64,000 bases of DNA from an uncultured Nitrospiraceae bacterium (GTDB lineage: Bacteria; Nitrospirota; Thermodesulfovibrionia; Thermodesulfovibrionales; SM23-35), in NCBI GenBank assembly GCA_963727775.1, contig CAVSHB010000003.1, forward strand, positions 480,001 through 544,000, read 5' to 3'. The stretch's first letter is position 1. Every line of letters begins with the position of its first letter. Made by a program: the position numbers and the translations under genes. This document shows, in pieces, positions 1 to 9,421 of the stretch. The notes under the pieces are model-generated. The model was not told the DNA's origin. It made no database searches and worked only from the letters and a program-made list of their open reading frames with translations.

Positions 1-1
1 G

Positions 2-730
2 AGGGGCAAGCCTGTCGAGGTCGTAAAAGCAAAGACCGTCGATCTCATGGTTCCGGCAAGGGCGGAGATCGTCCTCGAAGGATATGTTGAGCCCGGTGAA
101 GAGAGGATAGAAGGCCCCTTCGGCGACCATACCGGCTATTATTCCGCGGCTGCCAACTATCCTATCTTCCACGTCACCTGTATAACCCAGAGAAAAGACC
201 CTATTTATCCTGCCACAATAGTCGGCAAACCGCCGATGGAAGACTGTTATATGGGAAAGGCGACGGAAAGGATGTTTCTGCCGTTTATAAAGATGCAGTT
301 CCCTGAAGTCGTGGACATGAACCTTCCTTTAGAGGGGGTCTTTCACAATTGCGCCCTCATTTCGATCAAGAAAGCGTTTCCCATGCACGCGAGTAAAATA
401 ATAAACGCTATATGGGGACTGGGCCAGATGATGTTCACGAAATTCGTTTTTATCTTTGACGAAGAGGTGAATGTGCAGAATACTTCGGAGGCTGCGTGGA
501 AGGCTTTCAATAATGTCGATCCCGCGCGCGATATCATCGTATCCGAGGGCCCCCTCGATGTCCTCGACCATTCCTCACCGCGACCTATCTATGGCGCGAA
601 GATGGGGATCGATGCCACAAAGAAATGGCGTGAGGAAGGATACGATAGGGAATGGCCGGATGAAATACATATGTCAGATGAGATAAAGAAGCTCGTCGAT
701 AGAAGGTGGAAGGATTACGGAATTGAATAA
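2..730 (+). CDS. UbiD-family decarboxylase of the futalosine menaquinone pathway (5'-partial)
   Basis: Frame open from base 2; EGPFGDHTGYY, GKPPMED and KMGIDAT motifs; next to ubiA-like, ubiX and mqn genes. Confidence 0.92.
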   Translation, partial: RGKPVEVVKAKTVDLMVPARAEIVLEGYVEPGEERIEGPFGDHTGYYSAAANYPIFHVTCITQRKDPIYPATIVGKPPMEDCYMGKATERMFLPFIKMQFPEVVDMNLPLEGVFHNCALISIKKAFPMHASKIINAIWGLGQMMFTKFVFIFDEEVNVQNTSEAAWKAFNNVDPARDIIVSEGPLDVLDHSSPRPIYGAKMGIDATKKWREEGYDREWPDEIHMSDEIKKLVDRRWKDYGIE

Positions 731-1589
731 GATAAGAATCTATCTGGAGATGATCAAATTCGAGCACAGCATTTTTGCGCTCCCGTTTGCCTATCTCGGG
801 GCCTTTCTTTCACAAAAAAGAGTGCCGGGTTTAACGACGCTTTTATGGGTAACAGTGGCGATGGTCGGCGCGAGGAGCTTTGCCATGGCGTTGAACAGGT
901 GGATAGATATGGAAATCGACAGGCGTAATCCGCGGACCGCTGAAAGGGCCCTGCCGAAGGGACTGATCTCAGTTTCCAAAACGGTCCTTTTTTCTATTGT
1001 GAGTCTTGGTATCTTTCTTTTAGCGGTCTACAATCTTGCGCCCATATGCCGTTATTTGTGGCCATTTGTCGTTATCCCTTTTGTGGTTTATCCCTACACA
1101 AAAAGATTTACCTGGCTGTCCCATTTTGTTCTCGGTCTCTGTCTGGGACTGGCTCCGATAGGGGCCTGGATAGCAGTGACCAACACATATAGTGTGGAAC
1201 CCTTACTTTTAGGGGTAGCCGTCCTCCTGTGGGTGGCCGGATTTGATGTCTTATACGCAATCCAGGATATAGATTTCGATAAAAAGCACGGACTGTTTTC
1301 CGTCCCCGCCAGATTCGGAATCAATAAATCCATCGTGGTAACCAGATTTCTCCACGCACTATCTATCGGTATATTGATTCTCACGGGTCTTAAGCTCCAT
1401 TTGGGTATATTCTATTTCGCAGGAGTCACAATCGCGGCGGTACTGCTGGCCTATGAAAACAGCCTGATTAAGCCGGACGATCAGTCAAGACTGAATGTCG
1501 CTTTTTTTACTATGAACGGTATTATAAGTGTAATAATGTTTTGCTTTGTTGCGATTGAAGTAATATTCGGGAGGTCCAAAGTTGTCTGA
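723..1589 (+). CDS. UbiA-family polyprenyltransferase (MqnP-like)
   Basis: IKFEHSIFALPF, NRWIDMEIDRRNPRT and YAIQDIDFD Asp-rich motifs; many hydrophobic helices. Confidence 0.92.
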   Translation: MNKIRIYLEMIKFEHSIFALPFAYLGAFLSQKRVPGLTTLLWVTVAMVGARSFAMALNRWIDMEIDRRNPRTAERALPKGLISVSKTVLFSIVSLGIFLLAVYNLAPICRYLWPFVVIPFVVYPYTKRFTWLSHFVLGLCLGLAPIGAWIAVTNTYSVEPLLLGVAVLLWVAGFDVLYAIQDIDFDKKHGLFSVPARFGINKSIVVTRFLHALSIGILILTGLKLHLGIFYFAGVTIAAVLLAYENSLIKPDDQSRLNVAFFTMNGIISVIMFCFVAIEVIFGRSKVV

Positions 1590-2166
1590 TTATGTGATAG
1601 GCGTTACAGGCGCCAGCGGAAGTATTTATGGAGTCAGGCTTATACAGGAGCTTGCCCTGAGAAAGCATACCGTTCACGTCGTTGTGACCTCTGCGGGCAG
1701 ACAGGTGATGAAGGAAGAACTCGGGGTGTCGGGCTTTGAGAAGATGGACAAGCTGGGGTTGTCAAAAGTCAAAAGTAACATAAAGATTTGGGGAAACGAT
1801 AATTTTGAAGCGCCCTTTATGAGCGGCTCTAATGCGCCAGAGGCTGTGATCGTTATCCCGTGCAGTATGGGAAAGCTGGCATCAATAGCAAACGGCATTT
1901 CGGGAAATCTCCTTGAGAGGACGTGTGACGTGGCGATTAAGGAGAAAAGACAGCTGATATTGGTCGTTCGCGAAACTCCATTTAGCCTTATTCATCTTGA
2001 AAATATGGTAAAGGTCTCAAGGGCAGGCGCGCAGATTTTGCCGGCTATGCCGGCCTTTTACCACCATCCGAAGACGATCGACGACATGGTGAATTTTGTC
2101 GTCGGTAAAGTTTTGAATCTCTTGAGGATAGAACACAAGTTGTTCAGGGGTTGGAGGAAGGAGTAA
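1582..2166 (+). CDS. ubiX: Flavin prenyltransferase UbiX
   Basis: GVTGASG, PCSMG, RETP and PAFYHHP motifs. Confidence 0.95.
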   Translation: MSDYVIGVTGASGSIYGVRLIQELALRKHTVHVVVTSAGRQVMKEELGVSGFEKMDKLGLSKVKSNIKIWGNDNFEAPFMSGSNAPEAVIVIPCSMGKLASIANGISGNLLERTCDVAIKEKRQLILVVRETPFSLIHLENMVKVSRAGAQILPAMPAFYHHPKTIDDMVNFVVGKVLNLLRIEHKLFRGWRKE

Positions 2167-2258
2167 GTAACGTATTACAAGAAGCAGACATTGTTCAACG
2201 CCTGCTTCTTATGGCCGGAGACTTTTGCAGTCATTTAAAAAATGAGGTGTTGAATAGA

Positions 2259-3374
2259 ATGTCAAGAATTGATCTGAGTAAAATCGCAGAAAAGGTGGAA
2301 AAAGGTGAAAGGCTCTCGAGAGACGATGCCTTAACCCTTATGAAGTCGAATGACCTCATCTCCATCGGTCAGATGGCGAATAAGGTGAGAGAGAGAAAAT
2401 CGGGCAATTACGCCTATTTCAACGTGAACCGTCATATAAACCTGACGAACATCTGCGTATCGCGCTGCAAGTTCTGCGCTTTCAGCCGGGACAAAGCGGA
2501 TGCGGATGCATATGCGATGACAGTGGATGAGGTGCTTGATACAGCGCGGTCTGCGCGTAACCTCGGTATAACCGAATTTCATATAGTCAGCGGTCTTCAC
2601 CCAGATCTTCCTTTTGACTACTATGTTGATGTCATCGCGGGCCTCAAAGACCTTATGCCGGAGGTTCATATCCAGGCTTTCACTGCGGTAGAAATAGCTT
2701 ACTTTGCGAAGATTGCAAACCTTTCGACAAAGGAAGTCTTAATTAAATTAAAAGAGGCAGGGCTAGGTTCGCTCCCCGGCGGCGGTGCGGAAATACTGAA
2801 TCACAGGGTGAGGGATGCGGTCTGTTCCAAAAAAGCCACTTCCGGGGAATGGCTTAATGTGATGAGAGAAGCCCATAACCTCGGCATCAAATCGAACGCC
2901 ACGATGCTTTTCGGTCATATTGAAACTATCCAGGAGAGGATCGATCACTTGCTGACATTAAGGGCATTGCAGGATGAGACAGGCGGCTTTCAGTCGTTTA
3001 TCCCGCTGCCTTTCCATCCGCAGAATACCCAACTTCCTAATTTCAAAAAGCCATCGGCTTTCGAGAATATGAAGATGCTTGCGGTATCGAGGCTGGTTCT
3101 CGATAATTTCCCCCATGTCAAGGCTTTCTGGATAATGCTCGGGCTGAAGGTCGCACAGCTTTCGCTGCTATTCGGTGTGGACGATCTCGACGGCACGGTC
3201 GTCGAAGAAAAGATAACCCATGCAGCAGGCGCCCAGACGGACCAGTCGATATCGAGGGATGAGCTATTGGAAATAATCTCCGTTACCGGCAGGACTCCCG
3301 TTGAAAGAGATACGTTATATAACGTCATCAAAACATATGATCCGAATGGGCAGGGTAACGCCGTTGAAACCTAA
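2259..3374 (+). CDS. mqnE: Aminofutalosine synthase (radical SAM)
   Basis: CxxxCxxC (CVSRCKFC), LPGGGAE and HVKAFW; start moved to ATG 2259 behind a GAGGTG RBS. Confidence 0.9.
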   Translation: MSRIDLSKIAEKVEKGERLSRDDALTLMKSNDLISIGQMANKVRERKSGNYAYFNVNRHINLTNICVSRCKFCAFSRDKADADAYAMTVDEVLDTARSARNLGITEFHIVSGLHPDLPFDYYVDVIAGLKDLMPEVHIQAFTAVEIAYFAKIANLSTKEVLIKLKEAGLGSLPGGGAEILNHRVRDAVCSKKATSGEWLNVMREAHNLGIKSNATMLFGHIETIQERIDHLLTLRALQDETGGFQSFIPLPFHPQNTQLPNFKKPSAFENMKMLAVSRLVLDNFPHVKAFWIMLGLKVAQLSLLFGVDDLDGTVVEEKITHAAGAQTDQSISRDELLEIISVTGRTPVERDTLYNVIKTYDPNGQGNAVET

Positions 3375-4206
3375 GGTCGGACATATACAGTTTCTGAATT
3401 GCCTTCCTCTTTACTTCGGCCTCGTGAAGAGCCATGCCCTGCTTGACGTTGAACTTATAAAGGGCAACCCGACAGAACTGAACAATCTCTTAATCAGCGG
3501 TAGCCTTGACATGTCGCCTATATCTTCTATCGAGTATGCACGCCATTATGAATCTCTCCTTCTTTTCCCGGATTTCACCGTGAGTTCCGACGGTGAAGTG
3601 AAGAGTATCCTTTTCCTCAGTCGCCTCCCGATAGAAAAGCTGAAAGGGAAGAAGGTTGCTCTCACAAGCACTTCCGCCACATCACATGTGTTATTGAAGC
3701 TGATCCTGAAACACGGATATAACGTGGAGCCGGAGTATATTGTATGCCGACCTGATTTGGACAGCATGCTATCAACTGCCGACGCAGCCTTGCTTATCGG
3801 CGATGTAGCATTGAAATATTATGTGGATCCAAAAGATTTCTATCTTTACGACCTGGGAGCCGAATGGAAAAAACTCACCGGCAAGAAAATGGTTTATGCG
3901 GTCTGGGCGGTCAACCGTGATTTTGCCGGCACACAGGCGGAGACAACTGAATACGTGTTTGACATTTTCAAGAAATCAATGGATTACTCCGTGCAGCATC
4001 TGCCGGAGATCGCTGAGTACGCAGCGAAATGGGAACCCTTCAGTTCCTCCTTTCTCATAGGCTATTTCAGATCACTGAGGTTTGATTTTGGGAAGGACTA
4101 CCAGGAAGGACTCCTCCATTTTTACAGGCTCGCATCCGAGATCGGAGAGCTTAAGCAAGTCCCTGATCTGCAGTTCATAAATCTCGGGTCAGGGGTGAAC
4201 AGATGA
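3364..4206 (+). CDS. mqnA: Chorismate dehydratase
   Basis: GHIQFLNCLP, SATS, LLIGD and DLGAEW...VYAVW motifs; start uncertain (3337/3346/3364). Confidence 0.88.
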   Translation: MKPKVGHIQFLNCLPLYFGLVKSHALLDVELIKGNPTELNNLLISGSLDMSPISSIEYARHYESLLLFPDFTVSSDGEVKSILFLSRLPIEKLKGKKVALTSTSATSHVLLKLILKHGYNVEPEYIVCRPDLDSMLSTADAALLIGDVALKYYVDPKDFYLYDLGAEWKKLTGKKMVYAVWAVNRDFAGTQAETTEYVFDIFKKSMDYSVQHLPEIAEYAAKWEPFSSSFLIGYFRSLRFDFGKDYQEGLLHFYRLASEIGELKQVPDLQFINLGSGVNR

Positions 4207-5270
4207 AAGCAAAGCAAATTCTTGGAGATATTGTTGAAGGAAAAAGATTAGATTTTGATGAAGCCGTCTCGCTTGTTAAGGAGGCTGATCTTTTGGATCT
4301 TGCACATGCCGCCGACGTTATCTGTCAAAAAAAGCATCCCGACGGCATTGCAACTTTTCAGATAGACCGCAATATCAATTACACAAATGTCTGTAGGAAC
4401 CAATGTTCATTCTGTGCCTTTTACAGGGAGAAAGATGATCCCGAGGCTTATGTGTTGAGCCAGGAGATGATCGAGAAGAAAATTGAAGAGACCATTGAGC
4501 TTTCCGGAACGCAGGTAATGCTCCAGGGAGGAATCAATCCTGATCTCAAGATTAACTACTACACAAATATGTTCAGAGAGATAAAGAAGAAATTCAAAAT
4601 CAGGATACACAGCTTGTCTCCTCCCGAGATAGTCCATATAGCGGAAACATCCGGGATGTCCCTCAGAGACGCCTTAAAAGAACTCATGACGGCAGGCCTG
4701 GATTCTTTGCCGGGCGGGGGCGCGGAGGTCCTCGTTGATAGGGTAAGACAGGAGATAAGTCCGCACAAAATATCATCAGCAAAATGGCTGGAAGTTATGG
4801 CAACAGCCCATGAACTTGGGCTCAAGACCACCGCAACTATGATGATCGGTACTGTCGAAACGATCGAGGAGAGAATATCCCACCTCCAGAAAATAAGAGA
4901 CCTTCAGGATGGGACCGGAGGGTTCATGTCATTTATCCCCTGGACATTTCAGCCGGGCAATACCGCCCTCGGAGGAAAATCGATTTCGTCCATCGAATTC
5001 CTGAGGACCCTTTCTCTAAGCCGTTTATTTCTCGATAATTTTCCGAACGTTCAGGGCTCGTGGGTCACTCAGGGCAAAGATATCGGGCAGCTTTGCCTGT
5101 CCTTCGGGGCCAATGATCTCGGCAGCATCATGATAGAGGAAAATGTTGTTCGGGCAGCCGGGGTATCGCATCGGATTACCGTCGATGAAATGGTCGATCT
5201 TATAAGAAAGGCCGGAAAGACTCCAGCCCAGAGGGATACGGAGTTTAATCTGTTAAAGGTTTATAAATGA
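4203..5270 (+). CDS. mqnC: Cyclic dehypoxanthinyl futalosine synthase (radical SAM)
   Basis: DRNINYTNVC, CxxxCxxC, QGSWVTQG and EENVVRAAG. Confidence 0.92.
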   Translation: MKAKQILGDIVEGKRLDFDEAVSLVKEADLLDLAHAADVICQKKHPDGIATFQIDRNINYTNVCRNQCSFCAFYREKDDPEAYVLSQEMIEKKIEETIELSGTQVMLQGGINPDLKINYYTNMFREIKKKFKIRIHSLSPPEIVHIAETSGMSLRDALKELMTAGLDSLPGGGAEVLVDRVRQEISPHKISSAKWLEVMATAHELGLKTTATMMIGTVETIEERISHLQKIRDLQDGTGGFMSFIPWTFQPGNTALGGKSISSIEFLRTLSLSRLFLDNFPNVQGSWVTQGKDIGQLCLSFGANDLGSIMIEENVVRAAGVSHRITVDEMVDLIRKAGKTPAQRDTEFNLLKVYK

Positions 5271-5278
5271 GACTTCTT

Positions 5279-5301
5279 GTAGCCGCAGGCTTCAGCCTGC
5301 G
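5279..5301 (+). repeat. GTAG-type REP palindrome
   Basis: GTAG-C-CGCAGGC-TTCA-GCCTGCG just after the mqnC stop. Confidence 0.7.
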
Positions 5302-5320
5302 TGCCAAAATTTCTTAAACT

Positions 5321-5420
5321 TCCCTCTTAAATTAAGAGGGACCGAGGGAGTTAATCCAAAGGGATTTGGCAACATCGCAGAGAATAACTCCCCCTTGCCC
5401 CCTCTTAATTTAAGAGGGGG
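5321..5420. repeat. Two oppositely oriented REP-like CCCTCTTA-N3-TAAGAGGG units
   Basis: Palindromes 5321-5341 and 5398-5420 with GGGAGTTA/TAACTCCC inverted flanks; related copy at 16768-16803. Confidence 0.75.
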
Positions 5421-5469
5421 AATACAGAACAGATATTTCTTTGTAAGAGAAAAATTATTTTTTTAAATT

Positions 5470-6300
5470 ATGAAAAAACTTGGAAACAGAATCCCTAAAG
5501 CTAACAAAGCCTTTATCGGCGGGTCGAGCACCTTCTCTATCGATTTCCCTGAAGAACTCCATCTTCCCGGAGTGAAAGTTTTGGAGAAAAAAGTTTTTTC
5601 GACTCCCTTCGGTGAGAGCCCTGAGTTTAAAGTATTGGGGATCGACGGCGACCCGGTGCTTACTATGAAGATGCACGGGTGGCGGGCGGAAACAAAGAGA
5701 GCCGATGCGTCGAAGCAGGTCTTCTGGGTCTTGGAACAGGCAGGCGTTGATACGATAGTGGCGGAAGGCGGCGCGGGGTCGATCAGCGAGGACCTTGCCC
5801 TTCGCCACTTCATAATTCCCGATGACTACATCGACCTCTCGATGAGAAAAGACGTCTATCTTTCGGACAAGTATTTGCTTGTCATGCGCGACCCGATCTG
5901 TCCGGACCTTTCAAAAATTCTTAGTAAAACAAGCAGAAAACTGTTGCCCGAACGGCATGTGGCACGGGGGGTTTACGCAGTGACAGACGGAAGACATTTC
6001 GAAAGCCGGGCCGAAGTAAGAATGATAAAAACGTTGGGCGGCGACGTCATAGGGCAGACCTTGTGCCCGGAGGTATATCTGGCGAGGGAGATAGGGGCAT
6101 GTTACGCGGGGATTTATCTGATCGTGAACAGGGCGGAGGGTATCGGACCGGATTGGCGCCATAAAGAATTAAAGGAGATTTTCTATAAGGAAGCCCTGAA
6201 CATGGGGGAAATAATCGTCGAAAGTCTAAGGCAATTAAATCGGAGAAAGAAGAAGACTTGTCAGTGCTCGAAGCTGAGGAAAAAGACGCTTCTGAAATAA
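5470..6300 (+). CDS. Divergent MTAP-family purine nucleoside phosphorylase
   Basis: TPFG, IPDDYID, GRHFESRAE, GQTLCPE..LAREIG and IVNRAEG. Confidence 0.8.
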   Translation: MKKLGNRIPKANKAFIGGSSTFSIDFPEELHLPGVKVLEKKVFSTPFGESPEFKVLGIDGDPVLTMKMHGWRAETKRADASKQVFWVLEQAGVDTIVAEGGAGSISEDLALRHFIIPDDYIDLSMRKDVYLSDKYLLVMRDPICPDLSKILSKTSRKLLPERHVARGVYAVTDGRHFESRAEVRMIKTLGGDVIGQTLCPEVYLAREIGACYAGIYLIVNRAEGIGPDWRHKELKEIFYKEALNMGEIIVESLRQLNRRKKKTCQCSKLRKKTLLK

Positions 6301-6303
6301 ACA

Positions 6304-7041
6304 ATGAACGCTATTGACCATAAAAAACGTGATGCAAAAAAGGTCGAGGAGATGTTTTCGAAGATCGCCACGCGCTATGACTTTCTGAACCATCTCCTGA
6401 GCTTGGGGTTCGACATCGGGTGGCGAAAAAAAGTGGCAAAGGAAACGGGCAAAACAGATTGCCGGAGAATACTCGATGTCTGTACAGGCACTGGAGATAT
6501 GGCAATCGAACTCTGCAGATTCTGGAAAGGTTCGGTCCATGTCGATGGATTAGATTTCTCTCGCGGGCTCATTGAGGTCGGCAAAAATAAGGTCAAGAAG
6601 GCAAATCTGGGTGACAAAATAACTCTTAAGGAAGGAAACGCTGAGAAGCTTCCTTATGAAAATGAGCAGTTTGACGCGATCACCATTACTTTTGGATTAA
6701 GAAACATTAATGATAGATTAAAGGCCCTAAAGGAATTTTATAGAGTCACACGCCCGGGCGGATGCTTTGTATGTCTCGAATTCAGTCAGCCGACGAACCT
6801 TGTTTTTGCAAAGATTTATTCCTTTTATCTCACAAAATTTGTCCCCTTTATTTCCAGGATGTTCGGTTCAGATCCTGTTGCATATGAATATTTAGGTAAT
6901 ACAATAAAGGACTTCCCTCCACCGCCGGAGCTTGCTAATCTGATAACCGCTGCCGGATGGCGAGAGGTCTCTTACCGGAAATTGGAGGTAGGAATCGTGG
7001 CAATTCACCGGGGGATTAAACTAAAGGTTGATAGTTTTTAG
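6304..7041 (+). CDS. menG: Demethylmenaquinone methyltransferase UbiE/MenG
   Basis: MFSKIATRYDFLNHLLSLG, LDVCTGTGD and FGLRN. Confidence 0.93.
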   Translation: MNAIDHKKRDAKKVEEMFSKIATRYDFLNHLLSLGFDIGWRKKVAKETGKTDCRRILDVCTGTGDMAIELCRFWKGSVHVDGLDFSRGLIEVGKNKVKKANLGDKITLKEGNAEKLPYENEQFDAITITFGLRNINDRLKALKEFYRVTRPGGCFVCLEFSQPTNLVFAKIYSFYLTKFVPFISRMFGSDPVAYEYLGNTIKDFPPPPELANLITAAGWREVSYRKLEVGIVAIHRGIKLKVDSF

Positions 7042-7427
7042 GTCCCGGTGTTTTCGAGTTTAAGTTTGTTAAACGTTTTCAACTGCTCAATCAATAGTTC
7101 CTCTGAAATGGCCCCTATCTGGACCAGCGCCTCTCCAAAAAAAATGTACTTGTCTTCCTGTTCTTTCAAAAGTTCTTCCACCTGTTCTTTTGTCAGATAA
7201 TTTTCACGGATGGCAATCTCCCCGAATTTTTCAAATGTATCTTCTTGAATTATTAATATCCTTTGAATATCATCTTCTTTAATCCAGCTTTTGGCCTTCG
7301 CATGTTCTCCAATCCTGAGGTTGTTCTTCTTCTGAACAAATCTCGCCTTAAGGATATCCTGCTCGCGTATAAGTTTCTTTTCAAGAAGATACCCGCCTAA
7401 TTTCAGATACTTAAGTCGCCTGTTCAT
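7038..7427 (-). CDS. Stand-alone protein made of four MshEN-like repeats
   Basis: KLGGYLL..., RIGEHA..., KFGEIAI... and FFGEALV... repeats of about 29 aa; start set at ATG 7427. Confidence 0.65.
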   Translation of the reverse strand: MNRRLKYLKLGGYLLEKKLIREQDILKARFVQKKNNLRIGEHAKAKSWIKEDDIQRILIIQEDTFEKFGEIAIRENYLTKEQVEELLKEQEDKYIFFGEALVQIGAISEELLIEQLKTFNKLKLENTGT

Positions 7428-7531
7428 TAAACAAATATTACAAAAAGTTTGATACTTTGACAACTATAATAATAATTTACGATAAATATGCAGACTATAG
7501 CTTTGTTTTAAAAACCATTGCTTCCGGTTAG

Positions 7532-7689
7532 CCCACTTAATTCATGAAATTTGCGTGTGCCGACAGACACAGTATTTGCGCTCATTCTCGGCCCGGTACA
7601 AATCGGGCCTCCGAGGTAAATTCTTTCTTTGAAAGAATTTAAAGCCGCTTAAATACTGTATCTGTCAGCAATCTTATGAATAGTGCAGG
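7532..7689. mobile_element. 158-bp MITE-like element
   Basis: TTAG direct repeats 7528-7531 and 7690-7693; both ends read CC-N6-ATTCAT; long internal inverted repeat. Confidence 0.65.
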
Positions 7690-7699
7690 TTAGAGTACC

Positions 7700-7729
7700 T
7701 TGACAAACAATTCTTTTACTACCTATACT
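7700..7729 (+). promoter_or_regulatory. Sigma70-type promoter of the TPR gene
   Basis: TTGACA-18-TATACT, 9 nt before the ATG. Confidence 0.65.
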
Positions 7730-7738
7730 TTTTAAACA

Positions 7739-8446
7739 ATGGAAACGAGCGCGCATGAACTCCATGAACTTGCTATGCAGCTTTTCGAGGAAGGCAAATA
7801 TACCGAGGCTGAGACAATATTAAAAAATATAATCAGCACTAACCCAAGGTATGCTGATGTCCATAACAAACTCGGCATAATCTACAATTTTAAAGGCGAC
7901 CTTAGAAGGGCGTCCGAGTATTTTAAGAAGGCGCTTGAATTAAATCCTAACTATACAGAAGCGTCACTGAACCTTGCCATTACTTACAATGATATGGGTG
8001 AGTTTAAGAAGGCGCAGGAAGTGTTTTCCCGCGCGGCTCAGATAGCCCACCCAACCCCTACGGCTATCGACCCCTTTATTGCGGGCAAGATTGCGAATGA
8101 ACATTATAAGATCGGGAATATTTATCTCGATTTTGGAATGAATGACGAGGCAATAGAAGAATATAAAAAGGCTATTAAACTTTTCCCGCGACTTCCCGAT
8201 GTGCATACAAAGCTCGGAATTGCTTTGAGAAACAAAGGGCAAGTCGAAGACGCCATTGCCTATTTTACAAAAGCAAAAGAAATCAATCCTGATTACGGCC
8301 CTGCATGGGTACAGCTTGGTCTGAGCTATTACATGAAAGGGCTGACAGGGCTTGCTTTTGAAGAATGGGACAATGCTCTTAAAAAAAATCCAGGCTTAAA
8401 AGAAGCGAAAACATATCTGAGTCTTCTGAAAAAAGAGGCAAAGTAG
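7739..8446 (+). CDS. Tetratricopeptide repeat protein
   Basis: Repeated ..NKLG...A...KAL..NP units. Confidence 0.9.
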   Translation: METSAHELHELAMQLFEEGKYTEAETILKNIISTNPRYADVHNKLGIIYNFKGDLRRASEYFKKALELNPNYTEASLNLAITYNDMGEFKKAQEVFSRAAQIAHPTPTAIDPFIAGKIANEHYKIGNIYLDFGMNDEAIEEYKKAIKLFPRLPDVHTKLGIALRNKGQVEDAIAYFTKAKEINPDYGPAWVQLGLSYYMKGLTGLAFEEWDNALKKNPGLKEAKTYLSLLKKEAK

Positions 8447-8452
8447 TCTGCT

Positions 8453-9421
8453 GTGTCCCTCCTGCAAATAAGGGACCTTAACGTATCTTTCAGATCAGCT
8501 AACAAACCGATAAAAGTTGTTGCAAACCTTAATTTTGAAATAGCAAAAGCCCAGGTTTTTGGTCTTGTCGGTGAGAGCGGATGCGGGAAAAGTCTTACCG
8601 CGCTTTCCATTATGGGAATCCTTCCACACAATGCCTTCGCAGAGGGTGAGATAATCTTCAAAGAGAATAACCTTTTAAAGTTTGATGACGAATCTATGAG
8701 AAGACTCAGGGGGAAAGAGCTCTCGATGATATTTCAGGAACCTATGACTTCATTGAATCCTGTGCTTACAGTCGGGTATCAGGTAGCAGAGGTCCTTACT
8801 ACTCACCTCAAGCTCTCAAAGAAAGATGCAATAGCACAGACCATTGAACTCTTAAGAGCGGTCAAAATACCTTCACCCGAAGTCAGGATTAAGGAATACC
8901 CGCACCAGATGTCGGGAGGCATGAGGCAGCGGATTATGATCGCCATGGCAATTGCCTGCAACCCCTCATTGCTTATTGCCGATGAACCTACAACAGCGCT
9001 CGATGTTACGATCCAGGCACAGATACTTGATCTTCTCAACAGTATTCAAAGGCAAAGCAATATGGCCATCTTATTAATAACCCATGATATCGGTGTTATT
9101 GCCGAAAATGCGGATAAGGCTGCCGTCATGTATGCTGGAAGGATTATGGAAATATCAAAGGTCAAGGACCTTCTTGAGACACCGAAGCACCCTTATACCG
9201 TGGGACTTTTGGAATCCCTGCCGAAGCAAAAAGGTATCCCGTTAAAGCCTATTCCCGGCTATGTGCCAAGGCCGGACCGGCTCCCGCCCGGCTGCAAATT
9301 TTCCGACAGATGCCGATATATGATTCCTGAATGTCAGCAAGAAGAACCTCTTCTAAGAGAAATTATACAAGGTCAATTTGCACGGTGCATAAGGTCGGAG
9401 GAGATTGATGGGCATTATTGA
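8453..9421 (+). CDS. Oligopeptide/dipeptide ABC transporter ATPase (OppD/DppD type)
   Basis: [24 protein letters not shown] and Cys-rich C-terminal domain. Confidence 0.95.
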   Translation: MSLLQIRDLNVSFRSANKPIKVVANLNFEIAKAQVFGLVGESGCGKSLTALSIMGILPHNAFAEGEIIFKENNLLKFDDESMRRLRGKELSMIFQEPMTSLNPVLTVGYQVAEVLTTHLKLSKKDAIAQTIELLRAVKIPSPEVRIKEYPHQMSGGMRQRIMIAMAIACNPSLLIADEPTTALDVTIQAQILDLLNSIQRQSNMAILLITHDIGVIAENADKAAVMYAGRIMEISKVKDLLETPKHPYTVGLLESLPKQKGIPLKPIPGYVPRPDRLPPGCKFSDRCRYMIPECQQEEPLLREIIQGQFARCIRSEEIDGHY

